In this document: piece by piece, positions 45,912 to 56,078 of the stretch | How positions within the stretch are numbered: position 1 is the stretch's first letter | Layout: each line of letters opens with the position of its first letter | Made by a program: the position numbers and the translations under genes | Assembly (NCBI GenBank): GCA_965243025.1 | Contig: CBDETY010000003.1 | Coordinates: forward strand, 320,001-384,000 | Length of the DNA stretch: 64,000 nt | From: Candidatus Latescibacterota bacterium | Lineage (GTDB): Bacteria; Latescibacterota; UBA2968; UBA8231 | Reading direction: 5' to 3' | Notes under the pieces: generated by a model | Database searches by the model: none | Told to the model about the DNA's origin: nothing | The model's input: the letters and a program-made list of their open reading frames with translations, nothing else

Positions 45912-47008
45912 ACGCCGTGACGCCATTGCTGGAGGTTCGCAGCGCCTCCCGGGTTTTCGGGGGCGGCGGCCTGCTGCGCCCCGGCCGCGAGGTGACCGCG
46001 GTGCGGGAGGCGGACCTGGTCCTGCCCGGAGACCGCCCGGCGGCGGTCGCCGTGGCCGGGGAGAGCGGCAGCGGCAAGACCACCCTGGCGCGGCTCATGC
46101 TCGGCATGCTGGCTCCCAGCAGCGGCGAGGTGCGCTACCGGGGATTGGAGCTGCGGCAGATGACCCGCGGGCAGCAGAGGAGGTTCCGCCGCGAGGTCCA
46201 GGGGGTCTTCCAGGATCCCTTCGAGGTCTTCAACCCCTTCTACAAGGTCGACCACGCCCTGGCGGTCCCGGTGGGCAGGTTCTATCCCGAGCTGACGGGG
46301 CAGCAGCGCCGCGAGCGCATCGAGGAGGGGCTGCGGAGCACGGGGCTGCGTCCGGAGGAGACCCTCGGACGGTATCCCCACCAGCTCAGCGGCGGCCAGC
46401 GGCAGCGGGTCATGGTGGCGCGGGCCCTGCTCCTCGACCCGCGCGTGGTCATCGCCGACGAGCCGGTGTCGATGGTCGACGCGTCGCTGCGCGCCACGAT
46501 CCTCGAAAGTCTGTACCGGAGCCACCGCGAGCGCGGCATCAGCATCGTCTACATCACCCACGACCTCACCACCGCCTTCCAGCTGTGCCGCACGATCCTG
46601 GTGATGTACGCCGGCTCCGTCGTCGAGGTGGGGGAGATGGAGCTGGTGATGAAGGAACCGAAGCACCCCTACACCCGGCTGCTGGTCGGCTCGATCCCCC
46701 ATGCCGACCCGGGGCGCCGGTGGGGAGAGGCCGCCGCCGGTCCCGGAGCGGGTCAGGGGGAAGCCGGATCGGAAGAATCTCCGGAAAGGGGTGCTGAGGC
46801 GGTCGAAGCGGACGCGGCCCCGGAGGGAGAAAGCGGGCAGGGCTGCGTGTTCGCATCCCGCTGTCCCTCGGTGACCGCGGTGTGCCGGCGGAGCCGCCCG
46901 CCGCTGCTCGAAACCGACCCGACCCGGGGGGCGGCCTGCTTCCTGTACGAGGGGGCCCGGCCGCTGGACGGCGAACGGGCCGCGACGATGACCCACGGGG
47001 AGGAATAG
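45908..47008 (+). CDS. ABC transporter ATP-binding protein (OppF/DppF type)
   Basis: GESGSGKT, QLSGGQRQR, ADEPVSMVD, HPYT. Confidence 0.94.
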   Translation: MNAVTPLLEVRSASRVFGGGGLLRPGREVTAVREADLVLPGDRPAAVAVAGESGSGKTTLARLMLGMLAPSSGEVRYRGLELRQMTRGQQRRFRREVQGVFQDPFEVFNPFYKVDHALAVPVGRFYPELTGQQRRERIEEGLRSTGLRPEETLGRYPHQLSGGQRQRVMVARALLLDPRVVIADEPVSMVDASLRATILESLYRSHRERGISIVYITHDLTTAFQLCRTILVMYAGSVVEVGEMELVMKEPKHPYTRLLVGSIPHADPGRRWGEAAAGPGAGQGEAGSEESPERGAEAVEADAAPEGESGQGCVFASRCPSVTAVCRRSRPPLLETDPTRGAACFLYEGARPLDGERAATMTHGEE

Positions 47009-47009
47009 G

Positions 47010-48800
47010 ATGGCCGCGCGCGGACCGGGATTGGCTTTCAGCTGCATACCGCTGGCAGCGGCGGTCCTCTCGCTTTCGGCCTGCGGCGGCCCCGCGGATT
47101 CTCCCCCGCTGCGGGAGGTGCCGCGCGACCGCACCCTCGTGGTGATGAACGGCGGCCCCCACCAGTACAGCCTCTACGACAACCACAACCCCTACGTCCC
47201 GGGCTCGGACCAGGGCTTCCACTTCGGCACCCTTCCGGCGGTTTTCGAGCCGCTGATCATGTTCAACGTGCTCACCGGGGAGCACGAGAACTGGCTGGCC
47301 GAAAGCTGGGAGTACGACGCGGACTACAAGGCCATCACCCTGCGCTTGCGCGAGGGCATCCGCTGGAGCGACGGCCGTCCCCTGACCGCCGCCGACGTCG
47401 CCTTCACCATGCGCTTGCTCCTCGACAACGCCGACTCGATGGTGCACCACGCCGACCTGGCCGAATTCCTCGAGGAAGCGCAGGTCCTCGACGAGCTCAC
47501 GGTGCGGCTCGTCCTCACCAGGCCGGCCCCGGGCTTCTGGGCCAGCACCCTGAGCACCAACCACGGCATCCACGTGCTGCCCGCGCACATCTGGCGGGAC
47601 CAGGACCCCCTCGAGTTCTCCAACTACGACATCGCCAGGGGCTGGCCGGTCGGCACTGGGCCCTTCCGGCTGGTCTACGCCTCGACCCACCAGAAGACCT
47701 ACGACCGCCGCGACGACTGGTGGGCGGCCGAGACCGGGTTCAGGCCCCTTCCCGAGGTCGAGCGGGTCATGTTCGTGCCCTCGCAGGAGGAGAGCCAGGC
47801 GGCGCAGATGCTGCTGACCGACCAGGTCGACATGGGACAGATCATGCAGGTGTCGACCATGCGCGCCGTCATGGAGCGCAACCCGAAGGTGATAACCTAT
47901 TCCGGGAGAAGCCCGCCCTACGGATACATGGACTGGTGCCCGGTCGAGCTCGGCCTCAACTGCTCGGAACCCCCCTTCGACGATCCCGACATCCGCTGGG
48001 CCCTGTCCCTGGCCATCGACCGCGAGCGGCTCGTCGACCTGGCCGAGTCCGGCGCCGGCATGGTGACCGTGCACCCGTTCACGCCGTACAAATGGCTCGA
48101 ACCCCTCGACCGGTCGCTGCGGGAGATGTTCGCCCGCTACGGCTGCGACACCCGGGCCCACCCGGAGCGCGTCGCCGGAATCATGGAGAGCAAGGGGTAC
48201 CGCAGGGACGCCGAGGGTTTCTGGGTGGACGCGGAAGGGGAGCGGATGGCCCTGAACATCTACATCCATCACGTGCTGAAACCCTACGGCCCGCCCCTCG
48301 TCCAGCAGCTGCGCGACGCCGGCTTCGACGCCACCTTCGACACCTCTCCCGGCCTGGGGTCGCTGACCCAGACAGGGGAGCAGCCGATCGCCCTCGGGTG
48401 CCGGGGCCCGAGCGGAGTGCGCGGCATGGACCCCTACTTCATGCTCTCGATCTACACCTCGAGGTATTTCCGGCCGACGGGAAAGCCGGCGCCGCTGTGG
48501 TGGGCGACCTCGCGCTGGCGCAACGAGGAGTACGACCGCATCGTCGAGCGGGTGCAGCCGCTTCACGTCGACGACGCGGAGCTGATGCCCCTGGTCCGCG
48601 AAGCCATGGAGATCTGGGTGCGGGAGATGCCGGACATCTACCTTTCGCTGCTGATCATCCGCTATCCCATGAACACCAGCAGATGGGTCGGCTGGCCGAC
48701 CGAGGATTCCCCCTACGGCTTTCCCCACTCCTGGCAGTGGGAGTTCCTCAAGACCCTTTTGCGGCTGCGGCCGGCGGATTCCCCGGAAGCGGCCGGATGA
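47010..48800 (+). CDS. ABC substrate-binding lipoprotein, family 5
   Basis: Lipobox LSAC; LAESW..LREGIRWSDGRPLTAADVAFT, PVGTGPF, RWALSLAIDR. Confidence 0.92.
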   Translation: MAARGPGLAFSCIPLAAAVLSLSACGGPADSPPLREVPRDRTLVVMNGGPHQYSLYDNHNPYVPGSDQGFHFGTLPAVFEPLIMFNVLTGEHENWLAESWEYDADYKAITLRLREGIRWSDGRPLTAADVAFTMRLLLDNADSMVHHADLAEFLEEAQVLDELTVRLVLTRPAPGFWASTLSTNHGIHVLPAHIWRDQDPLEFSNYDIARGWPVGTGPFRLVYASTHQKTYDRRDDWWAAETGFRPLPEVERVMFVPSQEESQAAQMLLTDQVDMGQIMQVSTMRAVMERNPKVITYSGRSPPYGYMDWCPVELGLNCSEPPFDDPDIRWALSLAIDRERLVDLAESGAGMVTVHPFTPYKWLEPLDRSLREMFARYGCDTRAHPERVAGIMESKGYRRDAEGFWVDAEGERMALNIYIHHVLKPYGPPLVQQLRDAGFDATFDTSPGLGSLTQTGEQPIALGCRGPSGVRGMDPYFMLSIYTSRYFRPTGKPAPLWWATSRWRNEEYDRIVERVQPLHVDDAELMPLVREAMEIWVREMPDIYLSLLIIRYPMNTSRWVGWPTEDSPYGFPHSWQWEFLKTLLRLRPADSPEAAG

Positions 48801-48846
48801 AACCGGAAGCGCACTGCATTTCAGACCACGAAGAACGGAGCTCGCG

Positions 48847-49755
48847 ATGATCAAGCTGGGATTCGTAGCAGGAACCGCCTACCCCCACGCCGTCTGGTTC
48901 GCCGGCATGTTCAACGGCGTCAACGGCAAGCACAAGCACCTCAACGAGTGGATCGTCGAGCCGGCCATGGCGCAGATCGACGGGGCCCGGGTGGTCCGGG
49001 TTTTCGACGAGGACCGCCAGGCCGCGGAGAACATGGCGAAGTTCGCCGACGTGCCCGAGGTGGCCGGCTCCCTCGAGGAGATGTTCGAGGGCCTCGACGC
49101 CGTCTTCATCGGCGACGACCTCACCATGACCCACCACCAGTACGCGCCCCCTTTTCTCGACCGCGGCATTCCGACCTTCCTCGACAAGCCGTTCGGCGAC
49201 ACCGTCGCCACGGCCAGGGCCCTGGTGGACCGGGCGAAGGTCCGCAACTGTCTGTTCATGAGCACGTCCGCCCTCGTGTACGCCAGGGAGTTCGTGCCGA
49301 TCTACAGCCGCGAGAAGGACGTCGGGGAGATCGCCATGGTCAGCACCATGGGGCCGGCGGACCTGATGTGGGAGCGGCCCTTCGTCTTCTACGGCATGCA
49401 CGCGGTGACCCTCGGCCACTACATCATCGACGACCGCCCGGTCGAGGTGGTCGACGTCGGGCAGAGGGGCCGCACCGTCGTCCGCGTCAGGTACCTGAAC
49501 GGGGCCCACCTGACGGTGATGTGCCCCCACGGCGTGCCCGTCCACTACCACGCCCTCGTCCAGGGCACCAGAGGTTCCACCTACGCCGAGGGGGACGACT
49601 ACGCCTTTTTCTACTCCGCCATGCTGAAGGACTTCCTCGACATGGTCGAGAAGAAAGAGCAGACGTTCGACCTGCTGAAGGCCCTGGAAGTGCTGCAGAT
49701 CTGCTGCGCCCAGGAGGAGTCAGTGCGCACCGGGAAGGCGGTGCGGCTGGGTTGA
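48847..49755 (+). CDS. Gfo/Idh/MocA-like oxidoreductase
   Basis: PTFLDKPF, STSALVY, FYGMH. Confidence 0.82.
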   Translation: MIKLGFVAGTAYPHAVWFAGMFNGVNGKHKHLNEWIVEPAMAQIDGARVVRVFDEDRQAAENMAKFADVPEVAGSLEEMFEGLDAVFIGDDLTMTHHQYAPPFLDRGIPTFLDKPFGDTVATARALVDRAKVRNCLFMSTSALVYAREFVPIYSREKDVGEIAMVSTMGPADLMWERPFVFYGMHAVTLGHYIIDDRPVEVVDVGQRGRTVVRVRYLNGAHLTVMCPHGVPVHYHALVQGTRGSTYAEGDDYAFFYSAMLKDFLDMVEKKEQTFDLLKALEVLQICCAQEESVRTGKAVRLG

Positions 49756-51519
49756 GGATGCCGTCCCCCGCCCTTCGATGACGGTCACCGCCTGGCCGCC
49801 GGCGACGTCGCGAAGGGTGTCGGCGCTCCCGCTCGGCCAGTGCACGACGAGCTGGTCGACCGCCGCGGCGGCCCCCAGTCCGAAGTGGGCGGCCAGCTCG
49901 CTCTGGGTCAGGTAGCTGGAGCCGGCCCTGATCTCCCGCACCTGCCGGCGCCGGCCGGTGCGGATCTCGACGCGGGCCCCGATGCCGTCGCGGTTGCTGG
50001 GGCCGCCGACGGTTCTCACCCGCAGCCAGCCTCCGGCGGCCGAGTCGTTGCGCAGCAGCGCCGCCTCCTCCCCGAGGTTCACGACCAGCAGGTCGAGGTC
50101 GCCGTCGCCGTCGTAATCCCCGCGGGCGCTGCCGCGTCCCACCCGGGCCCGCTGCAGGGCGGGTCCGGCCCGGTCCGAGACGTCGACGAAAGCGGTCGCC
50201 CCGTACTTCCCCGGTCCGGCGTTGCGAAGCAGCAGGTCGCGCTGGCGGTAGGTCGTCGACTGGTCGATCAGCTCGGCGTTGTCGAGCACGTGGCCGTTGG
50301 CGACGAACAGGTCGAGGCGGCCGTCGAGGTCGACGTCGAGGAAGTTCACCCCGAACCCGAGGAGCGGCAGCGACACCTCTCCGCTTCCCGAGGCGAAGCT
50401 CTCGTCGCGGAAGAAGCCGTTCCCTTCGTTTCTGAGCAGGGAGTTGGGCTCGCGCTGGAAGTTGGTCACCGCGAGGTCAGGCCTGCCGTCGTTGTCGTAG
50501 TCCCCCCAGTCGGTTCCCATGCCGGCCTCGGCGCGCCCGGTCTGCCCGTACGCGGCGCCGGCCAGCACCCCGACCTCGGCGAACCGACCCTGTTCGTTGT
50601 GGAACAGGAAGTTGCGGACGTTGTCGTTGGCGACGTAGAGGTCGGGCCAGCCGTCGAGGTCGTAGTCGGCGAAGGCGGCCCCCAGCCCCTTGCCCCCGGG
50701 CTGCAGCACCCCCGCGGTTTCGGTGACGTCGGCGAACCTGCCGCGGCCCTGGTTGCGGTAGAGGATGTCGGGCTGCGCCGGGTAGAAGGCCGGATGCGGA
50801 TAGCCGGAAACTTCTCCCTTGTACTCACCGGCAACCGCGACGTAGGGGGTGGCCTCCTCCACCGGGTTTTCCGGGTCGTAGTCGACGTAGTTGGCGACGT
50901 AGAGGTCGACGAGGCCGTCGCGGTCGTAATCCCCGAAGGCGCAGCCGGCGCTCCAGCGGCCGGCGCCGACCCCGGCCGCTTCGGTGACCCGGGAGAAGCG
51001 GTCGCCGCCGGCGTTCTCGAAAAGCGCGTTGGCCCCGTAGTTGGTGACGTACAGGTCCGGGTCGCCGTCGTTGTCGACGTCGGCGGCGCAGCAGCCCATG
51101 CCGACGCCGCGGTCGTCGACCCCGAGCCGCGCCCCGGTTTCCTCGAAGAAGCCGCTCTCCGTCTGCCGGAAGAAGGCGTTGGCAGGCGCCGCCCTGCCGT
51201 CGCTCCCGCCCTCCCGGGGAGCGACCGGCGCCCCCTGCACGAGGTAGACGTCGAGCCGGCCGTCGCCGTCGGCATCGAGGAAGGCCCCGCCCCCCTCGGC
51301 GGTCTCGGGGAAGTGCCGCTCGGGGGTGGCGGCGTTGTCGTGGCGGAAGCGGAGCCCGACCTCGGCGGCGACGTCGGTGAAACGGATCTCGCGCTCCGGT
51401 TCTGCGGCGGCCGGGGCGGCGGTCAGCAGGTGTGCGGCGGCGGCCCCGGCGACGGCTCCGGCAAAGGCGCCTTTTCGGGGGTGAGGGCCAGCGGTCCGGA
51501 GCATTCCCGGCCCCTTCAT
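49720..51519 (-). CDS. CRTAC1-like protein (FG-GAP repeats plus ASPIC/UnbV)
   Basis: DxDxDG repeats, AGMG, NRDGIGARV..SYLTQS..HFGLG..WPSG; 3' part of track ORF 49720-52749; ATG overlaps the TPR gene stop. Confidence 0.9.
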   Translation of the reverse strand: MKGPGMLRTAGPHPRKGAFAGAVAGAAAAHLLTAAPAAAEPEREIRFTDVAAEVGLRFRHDNAATPERHFPETAEGGGAFLDADGDGRLDVYLVQGAPVAPREGGSDGRAAPANAFFRQTESGFFEETGARLGVDDRGVGMGCCAADVDNDGDPDLYVTNYGANALFENAGGDRFSRVTEAAGVGAGRWSAGCAFGDYDRDGLVDLYVANYVDYDPENPVEEATPYVAVAGEYKGEVSGYPHPAFYPAQPDILYRNQGRGRFADVTETAGVLQPGGKGLGAAFADYDLDGWPDLYVANDNVRNFLFHNEQGRFAEVGVLAGAAYGQTGRAEAGMGTDWGDYDNDGRPDLAVTNFQREPNSLLRNEGNGFFRDESFASGSGEVSLPLLGFGVNFLDVDLDGRLDLFVANGHVLDNAELIDQSTTYRQRDLLLRNAGPGKYGATAFVDVSDRAGPALQRARVGRGSARGDYDGDGDLDLLVVNLGEEAALLRNDSAAGGWLRVRTVGGPSNRDGIGARVEIRTGRRRQVREIRAGSSYLTQSELAAHFGLGAAAAVDQLVVHWPSGSADTLRDVAGGQAVTVIEGRGTASSTQPHRLPGAH

Positions 51520-53045
51520 GGCCTTTCCCCCAGCTCTTCCAGGGCGGCGCGCGCCATGTCGGCGCCTTCCGGGTCTCCCCGCCAGTCGCGCAGGAAGAGG
51601 CGGTAGGAGGCGGCCGCGGCCGCCAGGGAATCGAGCTCGACGTAGAGGTTGCCGAGGGCGAGGCGGGCGCGCGTGTACGAGGAGTCGGCGGCCAGCGCCC
51701 CGAGATAGTGGCGCCGGGCGGCCGGCAGGTCGCCGGTGAGCTGGCTGACGTTCCCGAGGTTGAAGCGGCCTTCGGCGAACCCGGGGTCCGCCTCGACGGC
51801 GCGGGTGTAGGCAGCCTGTGAGGCCGCCAGGTCCCCCGAAACCGCGTGCACGTACCCGAGAAGGTTCCAGGCCCCGGCGAGCCCTGGATCCAGGTCGACG
51901 GCGCGCTCGAGGGCGCCGCGCGCTTCCGCATGGCGTTTCTCCGCGAGGTGGATGGACCCCAGGGTGTGGTACAGCTTCGAAGTCTCCGCCGCGCCCGGGT
52001 GCGCGGCCAGGCCGCGCTCGCACAGGGCCATCGCCCGGCCCCTGTCCCCGGTGCGCAGGTAGAGGCTGCTGAGCCGGATCAGGGTCTCGAGGTGGTCGGG
52101 AGCCAGGGCGAGGACGGCGTGCAGCTGGGTCCGCGCGCGCGCGAAATCCCCCATCCGGCCGTAGTGGAAGGCGAGCTCGAGGCGGGTTTCGATCTCGGCC
52201 CCGGACCCGGTCCCGCGCAGGCCCCCCCGCAGCTGCTCGGCGCGCCGGGAGTGCTCGCTGAGCCGGGTGAACCGGGCCATCGCCGCCTCCCCCTCCTCGC
52301 GGCGGCCGAGGGAGAGCAGGGCGCGGGCGAGGTTGTAGTGCGCGTCCGTCTGGCTCGAGTCGACGCGGACGGCTTCGGCGAGAGGGCCCAGGGCCTGCTG
52401 CGGGCGGTTCCAGTCGAGGTAGAGCTGGCCCAGCCTCAGCCAGGAGGCGGCCTCGTCCGGAGCCAGGCGCGCCGCTTCGAGAAGCAGCGGCTCGGCTTCC
52501 TCGTAGCGCCGCTGCAGGGTGCAGATCCTGCCGAGGCGCCGGCGCGCCTTCACCAGGCTGCTGTCGAGGCCAAGGGCGGAGCGGAGCGCCTCCTCGGCCA
52601 GGCCGTTCTCCCCGAGGCGGAGGTGGACCAGCGCCCTGGTCTGCAGCGCCGGCGCGTAGTCGGGCCGCAGCCCCAGGCAGTTCTCCAGGACCTCGAGCGC
52701 CTCGAGGTAGCGGTACTGCTCGGCGCGGACGACTCCGAGGTTGTGGCATGCCCGCGCGTACCCCGGGTCCGCGGCGAGCGCCCTTTCGTAGGCTTCGACG
52801 GCCTCGGGGAGCCGGCCGAGCCTGGCGTGCAGGTTGGCCAGCTCGGTCCAGGCCGGGGCGTAACCGGGGTCGGCCTCCAGGGCGCGCTCGAAGGCGGCGC
52901 CGGCCTCGCGGTAGCGCTCCCGGTCGAGCAGGGCGTTGCCTTGCCGGTAGGCCTCGTCCCTCGCCGCCGCGGTCTCTTCGCCGGGCGGGGCGGTGCAGGC
53001 AGCGAGGAGCGCGAGTGCGTGGATCAGGCAGGGGGCCGTTCTCAT
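51516..53045 (-). CDS. TPR-repeat lipoprotein
   Basis: Lipobox LAAC; about a dozen TPR units (A..NLG..AL..DP). Confidence 0.9.
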   Translation of the reverse strand: MRTAPCLIHALALLAACTAPPGEETAAARDEAYRQGNALLDRERYREAGAAFERALEADPGYAPAWTELANLHARLGRLPEAVEAYERALAADPGYARACHNLGVVRAEQYRYLEALEVLENCLGLRPDYAPALQTRALVHLRLGENGLAEEALRSALGLDSSLVKARRRLGRICTLQRRYEEAEPLLLEAARLAPDEAASWLRLGQLYLDWNRPQQALGPLAEAVRVDSSQTDAHYNLARALLSLGRREEGEAAMARFTRLSEHSRRAEQLRGGLRGTGSGAEIETRLELAFHYGRMGDFARARTQLHAVLALAPDHLETLIRLSSLYLRTGDRGRAMALCERGLAAHPGAAETSKLYHTLGSIHLAEKRHAEARGALERAVDLDPGLAGAWNLLGYVHAVSGDLAASQAAYTRAVEADPGFAEGRFNLGNVSQLTGDLPAARRHYLGALAADSSYTRARLALGNLYVELDSLAAAAASYRLFLRDWRGDPEGADMARAALEELGERP

Positions 53046-53049
53046 CGGT

Positions 53050-54999
53050 TCAGAAATTGTAGATCATGTTTCCCTCGAACCCGAAATGCCCGTCGAGGAA
53101 CACCCAGGCGCAGGCCGTGGTGAACTCCCCGAGGACGAGGCCGAGGAAGAAGGGCCGCAGCGAGCGGTAGAGGCCGACGCCTCCGTAGCGCAGCACCGCG
53201 CCCTTGACCAGCCAGGCGAGGAAGATGTTGAACCACAGGTAGTAGGTGATCTGGAAGGTGCTGGCCACGGGAAAGCCGATCGGGTGCAGGTTCCACCAGA
53301 TGAAGCGGTAGCGCAGGTAGAGGAGCACCGCCATGACGAAGGCCCCGAACCCGGTGAACCCCAGGCGCGGCAGGAAGGGCTCGGGAGCGTTGTAGACCGC
53401 GGCCATGTAGTTGAAGGGCCAGTGAGGGGCTCCCCAGTAGTACCAGCCGTGCAGGTTGATGCCGCCGTAGGTGTAGGCCATCCGCATCGTGAACCAGATC
53501 GATCCGGCGAGTCCGATGCAGACGGCAAGGGCGATCACGAGGGGGATGCCGCGGTAGCGCCGGTCCTGCCCCTCCTCGCTCGTCAGCCTGAGGGCGTGGA
53601 CCGCGGCGTTCATCATGTTCGCGGCGGTTTCCCCCATCCAGACGGTGCTCAACCCGAGGCCGGTCATGTTCTTCAGGCCGAGAACCTCCGGCCCGAACCC
53701 GCGGGTGATGAATGCCTGCGGCACCATCGGCGTCTGCACTCCGGGCAGGCCGGCCTCGGCCACGACCCGGGACAGCCCGATGAAGGCGCCGAGGGCGCCG
53801 AACACGAGGATCGCCGAAACGTAGAGCGACAGGCCGGTCAGGGTCAGCCAGGCGACCATGAACGCAACCCCCGACACCAGGAAGGCGAAGGCGAGGCGGG
53901 GAGGCAGCACCTCGCGCCGGCGGTCCGCGGGCTCGCCCGTCATGGCCTGGCGCCAGAGCCCGCGGACGTGCGGCAGCGCCGTCCAGACCAGGAACAGGAC
54001 GAAGACCATCATCGCCCCCGCCTGCTGGTAGGCGAGGATCATCGGGCCCGCACCCCCGGAGGTCCACACGTCTCCGGAGGCGATGCGAACGCCTGCGTAC
54101 GCCATCGCGATGCGCTCGCCTTGGCAGAAGAGGAAGAAGAACCAGATGCTGAAGGCGACGTTCAGCGGCATCAGGTAGGCGAGGCCAAGGGCGGGGAAAT
54201 TGAGGCGGATCGGAATCGACAGCACGTCCCGGGACACGGTGTAACGGTCCCCGAGGGAGACCTGCTGGAAGAGGTCGCTGTAGTTGCCGAGGGAGTTCCA
54301 CGAGTGCAGGAGCAGCGGCACGGCGAATCCCAGCCACAGGAGGCGGCTCCGGAACAGGCGGCCCGGAAGGGTGCGGCCGCCGTCCTCGTCCTCGACCATC
54401 GCCAGGGGCAGCCGGGTCAGGGGGTACACGAGGCGCTCGTTCTCGACCCACTGACCCCGGAGCAGCACAGCGAGGCAGAAGAGGACGCCGTAGAACACGA
54501 GCAGGAAGCCGATCCAGGCGGCCAGCGGCCTGGTCCAGGCCTCCCAGGGAATCCCCATGCCGCGGGGAAGCCCCTCGTAGAACAGTCGCACCGCCTCCCT
54601 GTCTCCGGGCGAGAGCCAGGGGTCGAGGTGGGGCCCGAACAGGTTTTCCCAGTTGTTCTCGGGAGTGGCGTAGTACACGGCGCCGCTGATCACCGAGAGG
54701 AAGGAGCCGGTCAGCCCGGTGGTGACGACGACCGAGCCGGCGAGCATCATGACGTACACGGTGACAAGTTCGGCGCGGCCGAAGGCGAGGCGGCGGGAAA
54801 GCAGGCGCAGCAGCGGCTGCGCCAGGGCGGCGACGGCGAACAGCAGGAACACGGCGATGACGGGGATGGCGTTGCTGGTCAGCTGCGAGCCCTTGACGGC
54901 GAGGATCGCCCAGGGGCTGACGACGCTGATGGCGGCGACCAGGGCCGCTCCCGCGAGCACGGCGCGCAGGGTGACGCCGCGCGCGGGTTCCGGGGTCAT
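53050..54999 (-). CDS. DUF6785/DUF6784-like polytopic membrane protein (putative transporter)
   Basis: QWVENERLVYP, WWNLHPIGF, RPFFLGLVLGE; paralog of 3385-5316; ATG 54999. Confidence 0.8.
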   Translation of the reverse strand: MTPEPARGVTLRAVLAGAALVAAISVVSPWAILAVKGSQLTSNAIPVIAVFLLFAVAALAQPLLRLLSRRLAFGRAELVTVYVMMLAGSVVVTTGLTGSFLSVISGAVYYATPENNWENLFGPHLDPWLSPGDREAVRLFYEGLPRGMGIPWEAWTRPLAAWIGFLLVFYGVLFCLAVLLRGQWVENERLVYPLTRLPLAMVEDEDGGRTLPGRLFRSRLLWLGFAVPLLLHSWNSLGNYSDLFQQVSLGDRYTVSRDVLSIPIRLNFPALGLAYLMPLNVAFSIWFFFLFCQGERIAMAYAGVRIASGDVWTSGGAGPMILAYQQAGAMMVFVLFLVWTALPHVRGLWRQAMTGEPADRRREVLPPRLAFAFLVSGVAFMVAWLTLTGLSLYVSAILVFGALGAFIGLSRVVAEAGLPGVQTPMVPQAFITRGFGPEVLGLKNMTGLGLSTVWMGETAANMMNAAVHALRLTSEEGQDRRYRGIPLVIALAVCIGLAGSIWFTMRMAYTYGGINLHGWYYWGAPHWPFNYMAAVYNAPEPFLPRLGFTGFGAFVMAVLLYLRYRFIWWNLHPIGFPVASTFQITYYLWFNIFLAWLVKGAVLRYGGVGLYRSLRPFFLGLVLGEFTTACAWVFLDGHFGFEGNMIYNF

Positions 55000-56078
55000 C
55001 GGGGCAGGTGGTTGCGGAGGGCCTTGAGATCGTTGTCGGTGACGCCGGCCGGCACCTCGACGGCCCTGCCCTCGCCGGAGGGATGCAGGAAGAACCCGGT
55101 GTCCCGGTCCAGGGTGATCTGGTGGCCGACCCTGGCGGACTTGAGAGCGGCGAAGATCGCCCACATTGCCGGCAGGGCCTTGTCGAGGCGGCACTCGTGG
55201 GGCCTGTCGTCGTCGTCGAGCCAGGCGGCGACGGCCGCGGTGAAGTCGCGCTGGCCGGCGTGGATCTGGGCGTACAGGTCGGTCGGCGCCGCGAAGACCT
55301 CGGCCTCGCCGCGCACCTGGTACCCCCAGGTGCCGGCCTGCTGGGTCCAGGCGACCCCGTTGGAGCAGAAGATGTCGAGGTCGAGGTGCATCCAGTATTC
55401 GGCGCCGCCGCGGTTGCCCAGGCCCCGGGGAGTGCACTCCCAGAACACCCGCCGGTTGCCGGGAAACCAGTAGGTCGCCTGCACGTGGCTCGGGGCCGGG
55501 TGGCTCCACTCGTACCCCTCCAGCCCTTCGGCGCAGGCCCAGACCGCCTCGGGCAAGGGGTCGTCGAGGACCATCATCACCAGGCTCATCAGGTGCGGCC
55601 CCATAGCCATGGCGCCGCCCCAGGTGCTGGCGCGCACGAAGTCGACCTCGCCGAGTCGGCCCGAACGCACGAGGTCGCGGACCGCGATATACTGGGGGAA
55701 GAACCGCAGCTGGGTGTTGACGACGATTCGGCAGCCGGTGCGCGCGCTCACCTCGGCGATCTCGAGGGTCTCCATCGGCCACAGGGACAGCGGCTTTTCG
55801 ACGATGACGGCCTTCACCCCGGATTCGGCGGCGGCGCGGATGCCGGCGAGGCGGTAGTCGGGCTGGGTCACTATGTGGAGCACGTCGGGCCGCTCCGCCT
55901 CCAGCATCCTCCCCAGGTCTCCGTAGCGCCCCGGAACGCCGTGCTTGTCGGCGTACTCCCTGCACTTGTCCCCGTCGAGGTCGCAGCAGGCGACGAGGCC
56001 CATGGAATCGATCCCGGGGTAGACGGAGGCGTGCTGGTGGGAGTGGGAGCCGCACCCGAGAATGGCGGACCGGTACAT
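54996..56078 (-). CDS. Gfo/Idh/MocA family oxidoreductase
   Basis: MYRSAILGCG, VIVEKPL, NTQLRF; ATGA overlap with the downstream gene. Confidence 0.88.
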   Translation of the reverse strand: MYRSAILGCGSHSHQHASVYPGIDSMGLVACCDLDGDKCREYADKHGVPGRYGDLGRMLEAERPDVLHIVTQPDYRLAGIRAAAESGVKAVIVEKPLSLWPMETLEIAEVSARTGCRIVVNTQLRFFPQYIAVRDLVRSGRLGEVDFVRASTWGGAMAMGPHLMSLVMMVLDDPLPEAVWACAEGLEGYEWSHPAPSHVQATYWFPGNRRVFWECTPRGLGNRGGAEYWMHLDLDIFCSNGVAWTQQAGTWGYQVRGEAEVFAAPTDLYAQIHAGQRDFTAAVAAWLDDDDRPHECRLDKALPAMWAIFAALKSARVGHQITLDRDTGFFLHPSGEGRAVEVPAGVTDNDLKALRNHLPR

